Shown here: piece after piece, positions 57,201-64,000 of the stretch | How positions within the stretch are numbered: the stretch's first letter is position 1 | Layout of the letters: each line of letters begins with the position of its first letter | DNA from: Trichosphaerium sp. ATCC 40318 | Lineage: Eukaryota; Protista; Tubulinea | Direction: 5' to 3' | Assembly: GCA_038496445.1 (NCBI GenBank) | Contig: JALMLS010000520.1 | Coordinates: 209,930 to 273,929, forward strand | Length of the DNA stretch: 64,000 bases | The notes under the pieces: model-generated | The model's database searches: none | What the model saw: the letters and a program-made list of their open reading frames with translations, nothing else | Told to the model about the DNA's origin: nothing | Program-made: the position numbers and the translations under genes

Positions 57201-59779
57201 ATGACAGAGTGCATGTTTAAATACTACATCAACCATGGAAAATTCCGAGAGGTTAGGAAGATGGTTAAAGGATCTAACCTTATTGGTCAATCGATTATTG
57301 CCTACTTGCAAAAGAAGGTACGTATTGGGCGTTTGTTTTAACCAACTACAGTTTGTATATTTTTTTTTGATCAAGATGAAAAGTTTGCTTACTTATTACT
57401 CATATAGGGGTTCCCAGAGGTTGCCTTGTACTTTGTAAAGGATGAAAAGACACGTTTAAGCCTTGCTCTTGAGTGTGGTAACCTTGATGTTGCGTTTGAT
57501 GCTGCCAAGAAACTTGATGATAAAGGATGTTGGGAACGTCTTGGAAATGAGGCTCTGATGCAAGGTAATAACTCTTATAATGTTATACAACGTGTTCTGA
57601 CTTCTCTTAAAGGTAATCACGCTATTGTTGAAGTAGCTTACCAAAAAACAATGAATTTCGAGCGTTTATCATTCCTTTACCTTATAACTGGTAACACCAA
57701 GAAGATAAAGGCTATGCTCCGAATAGCAAACCTTAATAACAATATTATGGCTAGATTCCATAATAGTTTATATTTGGGTGATGTTCAGTCCAGAGTGAAG
57801 CTTCTAGAGGATGTTGGACAATACAACCTTGCTTATCTTACAGCTAGCACTCATGGTCTTGAAGACGCTGAACGTCTTGCTAAGGTTATTCAGCATGTAC
57901 AAGCAAAGAGAAAAGGAATTACATTAAGCCCTGAGGGTGAAGAAGGAGGTGTCACGGAATTGCCACCTGCTGATTTGCCTAAAGTTTTGAATTCTCCGAA
58001 ACTGTTGATTCCACCTGTTCCTATTATGCGCTTAGAGGAGAGTAACTGGCCTCTTCTTTCTAAGGAGGAGAATCCATTTGCTGTCATGTTGAAACAGCAA
58101 GAAGCTCCAGGTCAGATGGAGATTCCTGCTCAACCTGTTGAAGAAGAGCCATCGTATATGCAAGAAGAAGATCAACAATCATCTGCTGTTGATGATACTG
58201 ATCCTTGGAAGATTGGTGATGATATTGGTGATGATGTTGATCCTGATCTTTGGGGTGATGACCTTGGTTTTGATATCCCTGATATGGATGCAAAGGTAGA
58301 AGGACAGGTATGTCGTTAACAAAACAATTGTTTTTTCTTTCTTTTTTTTTCGTTTACTGATTTTTCTTTTTTAGGATGACGTTCCAGAGGAGAACTTTGT
58401 TAGAGCGCCAAGACCTGGAACTACTACTCCACAACTTTGGGTTGTTAATTCTAGCCTTGCTGCTGATCATGTTGCTGCTGGACAGTTTGAGAGCGCTATG
58501 AAGGTACTGACTCTTTTTGTGTTGTTTTTTTTTCTCATTTTTTTCTTTATCTTTCTCCCTTCTGGTTACGGCTTTGATTACTTATGTTTGCTTTAGTTGC
58601 TCAATTCTCAAATTGGTATTGTCAATTTCGCTCCTATGAAAGGGCACTTTATGTCGTTGTACTCTAGTTCTAATGTTCAACACTGGGGTTTGCCTAGCTT
58701 GAAGCCATTCACTACGTACCTACAGCGTGAATTCAATGCTAGTAAACGTATTGCCAAGCCTTTGATATACTCTGAGTTACAGCACCAGATGGGTAGCCTT
58801 CGTGAAGGTTACTTGCTCACAACACAAGCTAAATTCCAACAAGCTTGCGTGGTGTACCAGGTATGTCCTGTTTTTTTTTGCAAGACAAGTTGTTCGTTGA
58901 TTTTTTTTGCTGATTTTTTACGTTTAGAGTATTCTTACGAAGCTTCCTCTTCTTGTTGTTGATTCTCCTGATGAAGTGGATCAAGTTAAAGAACTTATTA
59001 GCATCTGTCGTGAGTATACAACTGGATTGGTTATTGAGCTTAAGAGAAGGGTATGTTTGTTAAGTTTTTTTTTCCGAAATATGTTCGTTATCATTCTTTA
59101 ACATCTTATTTAGGAGGTCATGTCAGACAGGAGCAAACCACAACCTGTTCGTGCAGCAGAACTTGCAGCCTTATTTACACACTGTAACTTGCAACCAGGC
59201 CATTTGATGTTGTGTCTACGCTCAGCGGTACATTTTTTTTTCGACAGTCTTTGCACTTCTTTTTTTCTTTTTTGTTTGTTGGCTTGTTTTTACTAATTTT
59301 TCTTTCTTTTTTAGGCTAATATATGCGTGAAAATAAAGAACTTTGCGACTGCTCACGCTTTTGCAACACGGCTACTTGAGCTTAATCCAAAAACTGATGT
59401 TTTACGATGGGTTAAGAAGGTTATCCATCATTGTGAGCAAAACCAACTTAAAGAGTCTTGTGCTATGGATTATGATGGTAGAAACCCATTTGTTATTTGC
59501 TCTGGGTCTTTTACTCCTATTTACCGTGGATCTGATAGTGTTAAGTGTGGTTATTGCCAAGCAACCTACAAACCAGAATTCAAAGGCAAATTATGTAGAA
59601 TCTGTCGTATTGCCAGGATTGGTGCTAAGTGTAGTGGTACGCACTCTTTTTTTAGTTTTTGGAAAGAGATTTCTTTGTTAATATTTTTTTTCCGATTTTT
59701 TTCTTCTTTTTTTCTTTGCGCCCTCTCCTTTTCTTCGTGTACTCATTTTTTTTTCTCGTTAGGATTACAAGTGTATTAG
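54239..59779 (+). CDS. COPA: Coatomer subunit alpha (alpha-COP)
   Basis: FE|[34 protein letters not shown]40 repeats, [11 protein letters not shown]|[42 protein letters not shown]...C.YCQA; more than 20 introns. Confidence 0.98.
55645..55778 (+). ncRNA. Candidate box H/ACA snoRNA inside a long COPA intron
   Basis: Hairpin 1 AGCTCTT...AGGAGCT with internal pocket 14 nt from H box ATAGAA (55700-55705); hairpin 2 (ATATGT/ACATGT core); ACA box at 55773-55775; about 134 nt long. Confidence 0.6.
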
Positions 59780-60620
59780 TTACAGTTATTTTAAAACACA
59801 TATATGGCCAGAACTTGGATTTTTAAAACGTGTGCTTCGCTGTTCTCATAATAAAAGTTTTATTTGTACAGACTTTCTTTGTTTTTCCTTAGTAAAGAAT
59901 GACTCAAAGAGCAACCAACCCAACTTTTAGTTGAATAACATGTGACATTTGTGTTTCTTGTACCACTTCTTGTATTCTCTTTCTTGTTTGTCATTAATGA
60001 AAGTACACTTGCTCTTCAATTTACCGCTATAGTACTCTCCTTCTTTTTTGTCATTGACATGGTGACACTAGCTCTGTAATAGGGAATTTACACTAGTAAA
60101 GTCGTAGGCGTAAATGCTAGTCATTAACAGAAAGGCACAAACAAAGTCATTTTACGGTTGAAGCAGCTTTCATTACACTAAGACGTTTCACTTTTACAAC
60201 ACGTATGCAAGAAATACTATTTATTTGTTACACATGGAATATTTCTAAATTTACAATGTTTTTAATCACGTGCATCACAGCGCGTGTTTAAAGTGGCCGT
60301 ACTACTGTTTTCAGCCTTGATTTTGTACAGTCGCTAGTAGCGCTATTGTACCACTCCTTGTCTCCTTCTTTTATGCCATTGATGCGATTACCAATCCTTG
60401 TATTATCCATCTAGTACACCATGTTTCCACACTAGAGTTACAAGAGCAAAGAACCAGCTAGGTCTTTATGAAATATTTTTAACGTGAACACGTGTCATTT
60501 TATATTTTTAAAGTACTCATGCTAACTGCTTGTACACGCCAAAAAAAACAACATATTCAAACTGCGTGAGCAATATTTTAACATAGGCAGTTTGAAATGA
60601 GATGTGTGGGTAAAGTTTAT

Positions 60621-61635
60621 TTAATCTTCTTCACAAGGTCCTTGGGAGGTAATATCCAATTTGTAGAATCTGACTGTAGCAAACTGACCACCAGAATTTG
60701 CTTGTAAGTAGGCACCAGCCTTGAAGTAGTTTGTGAAGCTGCTCCAGTATCCGCCCACACTTACATCCAGTTCTTTATCGCCATCGAGGTACACTTTGAG
60801 GCGTCCGTTGTCAGCCTACAGGTTAGATGTTAATCAAAACAACCAGCGTAATACGGAAGACGTACATGTATCTCCATATCAAAACGACCATTTCCAACGC
60901 TGCCCAAGTTAACCTCAAGTTTGCGTTAGTTGTAACTTTCATAGCCGAACAATCACCATGGTTATACATACCTTTGGAGCATCATCACCGTCTCTGTTTT
61001 TCTTATACAAAGCGTAGATGTTCCCGTTTGATTCCCATTGAATTTTTATCAGAGGTGGGGCGTCAAATGCGTGAATTTGAAGTACAACAACTTTGTTGGC
61101 ATCAGTTTTAGCACTGTCAACTTTGAGCGTTGCTTTCATCACGTTTTTATCAGATATGTGCCAATTCTAACAAGGAAAACAGAGCATTAGATTAAGTTTA
61201 ATAGAGTTGTTTGAGTACATAGTTATCGTCGCCTGGGTTGCAGAGTTGACGTAGCTCAGATCTTGGGTAACTTGATCCACTCGTTGTTCCGCCATTTGAA
61301 GGACAATAGAACGTCATCGATCCATCGCCTCCAGTGTAAAAGTACTTGGAAGTGTACGTGCGTAGCTAAAGGTAATGTTACAATGGCATGATTGTGGGGA
61401 GAAAGTGGAGAAATAGTTAAAGCAGTCGTACTTGAGAAGGTGATCTTTCACTTGCTGATGAATCAGGAAGTGTTATCTTCCAGTTGCTGAGGTCGAAGTT
61501 TTGTCCAGGTGTTTTGTTAGAGTCTAGCGCAGTAACTTGCGTGAGGAAGAGTACCACACAAAGAGATAAAGCAATCCAGTTCTGGGTATACTGTGAGATA
61601 AAGAGATAGAAGAACGGAAATTTGCTCTGTACCAT
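60621..61635 (-). CDS. Secreted polysaccharide lyase family 7 (alginate lyase)
   Basis: Signal peptide; PGQNFDLSNWKITLP, SSYPRSELRQ, VVVLQIHA, NYFKAGAYLQ (the three PL7 conserved regions); about 4 introns. Confidence 0.93.
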
Positions 61636-62935
61636 TTTTCCGCTTGTATTGTTTAGTGTTTGAAAACTTGAGTAGAATGATTCGCAAGTAACTTTATCAT
61701 ACGCTAGTGTGCATGAAAATCACATTATATAGCGGGTAAATTAATATAACGAGACCGACTCAAGTAAAAGTGAAAATCTCTTGGGAATATTGTATGATAA
61801 AAAAAAACCATTTCCACTTTTCCAAACTTACAGATTTTCCCATTCGCCCCCTACTCATAATAAAAAAATTTAATGGTTATTCAAAGGGTAAGATGCAATG
61901 TGATCAGATGATTGAGTAGTTGTACTAAAATGACAGCACAGTATCAACATTAAAAAGTTGGAAGTTATTTCAACTATCGGCCAAAAATTCCGCAATTTTC
62001 ACTATTACAGTTTCACGCACCATCTCATGTTTAGTTTTGTTTCACTTTGTTTCGCTTGAGTACCTTGGAAATAAGTCGGTGGTACAGAAATACAACAGAG
62101 TTGAGAGCGGGGTTTTATTTTTTCCGCACATGGAGGTTGTGAAAAGAGTTTACAATAGCGCTTGTACAGCAAAGATTTCCAGACAATTTAATGGAAACGC
62201 GCTCGTTGTGAGATTCACAAAATAATCTAGGCTAGCGCTAGATAGTTTCTACCCGAATCACAAAATAATCTAGCGCTTGCCATTTGCACGTGGAGGCGAC
62301 GTTTAAAGATAGAGGCTACTTTTATTTACTCTTTTTCTATATCTTGAAGTACAACATTCAAGCCACAGACGCTATATAGCGTCATTTCTCGAATTCTCGC
62401 GAAACACGTTAATTCTCGGATTATTAACTGAATATCTTCATGTTGCGACATCAGGCACAGGCCAACGTGATAGTACAAATGCTGAACAACTTCAACTAAA
62501 AAAGTGTCAAAAAAAAATAGCAATCCACAGTACAACGCAAAGGTGGTTGAACTAGAAAGAACTAGTCACGTGACCAAACCGAAACCACTTTAAATGGGTT
62601 AGATGCATACGTGCAAGTTTCTACAGAGGAAAAATCCCACCGTTTGCCTTTGTGAACACTCCACAGGTGTTTCTCTATCCACATTATATGAACATTTGAA
62701 TCAGGATGAGTAATTCGGATGAGGAGCACACGCATTTAAAGTTGGTGTCGGAATATCTCTTTAGTGAGCTTGTTGTGGTGTGGGAGTAAGTCCTGAACAC
62801 TTATGTAGGACAAGTTTATTTATTCACTTTGATACATTACGTTCTGAAATGCATGCTGCTTTAAAGAAAAAACAAGCATTACAAACTACATTAGAAATAA
62901 GAAATAAGAATAAGAGAGGAAAACACTTGTTACTA

Positions 62936-63852
62936 TCAGATATTGTCTTTCAATGATTCTAAATTACATAGTAATCTTGCTTTGTGTAAGGTGTATGTTT
63001 CCTTTTTTTGAATCCAAGAAATACCTAATGCATCAGCGTTTTCTTTTTTAATGTTTGTATTCTTGTAGCCTTCATAGATTGTTATGGATTTAAGTGACTT
63101 TAAGTACAAACATGAGTTTGTGAGTTTATCACAATTATGAAGTTCTAGATGTTCAAGATTTACCAAATTCATCAACCCTGAGTCAGTTATATCACTATTA
63201 GTCAAAAATAAATGCTTGACATTTATCAATGATTTCATTCCATCATCTGTAATTTGACGTCCCTCTAAGATATGAACTACTTGGGCATTGTTGAGATGCT
63301 GTAGATAAGATTCTTTTGGGTTTATAAGTGATATTTCTTGTACGTCCTTTATAGCCTTTATTCCTCAACAGTGATATACCGACAACTTAATAATCTAATA
63401 CTATGAACACCTTTTAGAGCCTTCAATGAAACATCTGTTAAGTCTGTTTGGTTTAAGTAAATTGTATGAAGTGCTCCTCCTTGTGCTAGTGTGACAATAC
63501 ACTCATCTGTGACGCTTGTTGTTGTGCCAGTAAAAGATATTGTGTGAGCCCCACCAAGGCAAGCCAAGTCCCTTTTTGATAGTGGATCAAATGAACACCA
63601 AAATATAGTTATTACAGTGTTTTTAAGTAAAGGACTGCCTTTGAGACGGCGACAATCTGCTGAGCTTTTTATTTTGATTCTTTCTAAGCCAATATTGTTA
63701 TAAATGATATTATTAAAAAGATGAGAGACTGTAAAAGCTGTTATACGATCTTTTCGTTCTAAGTTGCGTAGAATATGCGTTAATATCTCTGGCGGTAGCT
63801 CTTGGAGTGGGTAAAGTACATTTATTGGTCCTGGGTAAGGTTTGGTGGCCAT
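62936..63852 (-). pseudogene. F-box + LRR gene interrupted by a 1-nt frameshift near 63363 (pseudogene or assembly error)
   Basis: LQELPPEILTHILRNL F-box and GVHSI LRRs. GAG GA ATA AAG GCT would read EGIKA with one more G, and the frame then continues into ORF 62936-63238. Confidence 0.75.
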
Positions 63853-64000
63853 CACGTAGAATATATTCCAGAAAACTAAGTCACCCTAATTCATTGAAAA
63901 CGGCTGTTTAAGATGGCTCTAGCTAGAGTTACAAAGTCTACCAGTAACGAGTTCCTGAAGAAATATGTACTCTTTACACTTTGTTAAGCAGTAGAGTCAC

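Noticed and set aside
62216-62273. 16-bp direct repeat TCACAAAATAATCTAG x2 in an intergenic region
   Set aside because: Only two copies, with no transposase, TIRs or array; not a CRISPR or a supportable mobile element.

Overview
This is gene-dense, AT-rich (roughly 35% GC by eye) eukaryotic DNA with many short spliceosomal introns (mostly 40-100 nt, GTACGT/GTAAGT-type donors). The gene content fits a free-living phagotrophic protist, probably amoeba-like, but the species cannot be determined here. About 27 protein genes were reconstructed by manual splicing. Housekeeping genes are RPL27A, alpha-COP and a Qc-SNARE. ADP-ribosylation genes are a tandem pair of ankyrin genes (the complete copy ends in a PARP-type H-Y-E ART domain), a stand-alone PARP-type Zn finger, an ARH3-like hydrolase and a microbial-type PARG. 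There are seven F-box genes (LRR, NHL, MORN2 or unknown C-termini) plus remnants. Other genes are two secreted alginate-lyase-family enzymes (PL14, PL7), a Cys/Cys proline racemase-family enzyme, a leishmanolysin, a BBE-like oxidase, a class C GPCR, a mucin-like surface protein and a two-TM NIT-domain sensor with no output domain. RNA genes are an inverted pair of identical tRNA-Val(AAC), a degenerate tRNA and an intronic H/ACA snoRNA candidate. The most interesting signals are: (1) the ankyrin-PARP pair, built from symmetric 99-nt repeat exons (4 versus 10) and lying head-to-head with a PARP Zn finger, with erasers in the same window; (2) the orphan NIT receptor; (3) the mixed F-box arsenal; (4) frequent GC-AG introns and an approximately 8-fold excess of CACGTG. 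All gene models and counts are manual; no database searches were run.
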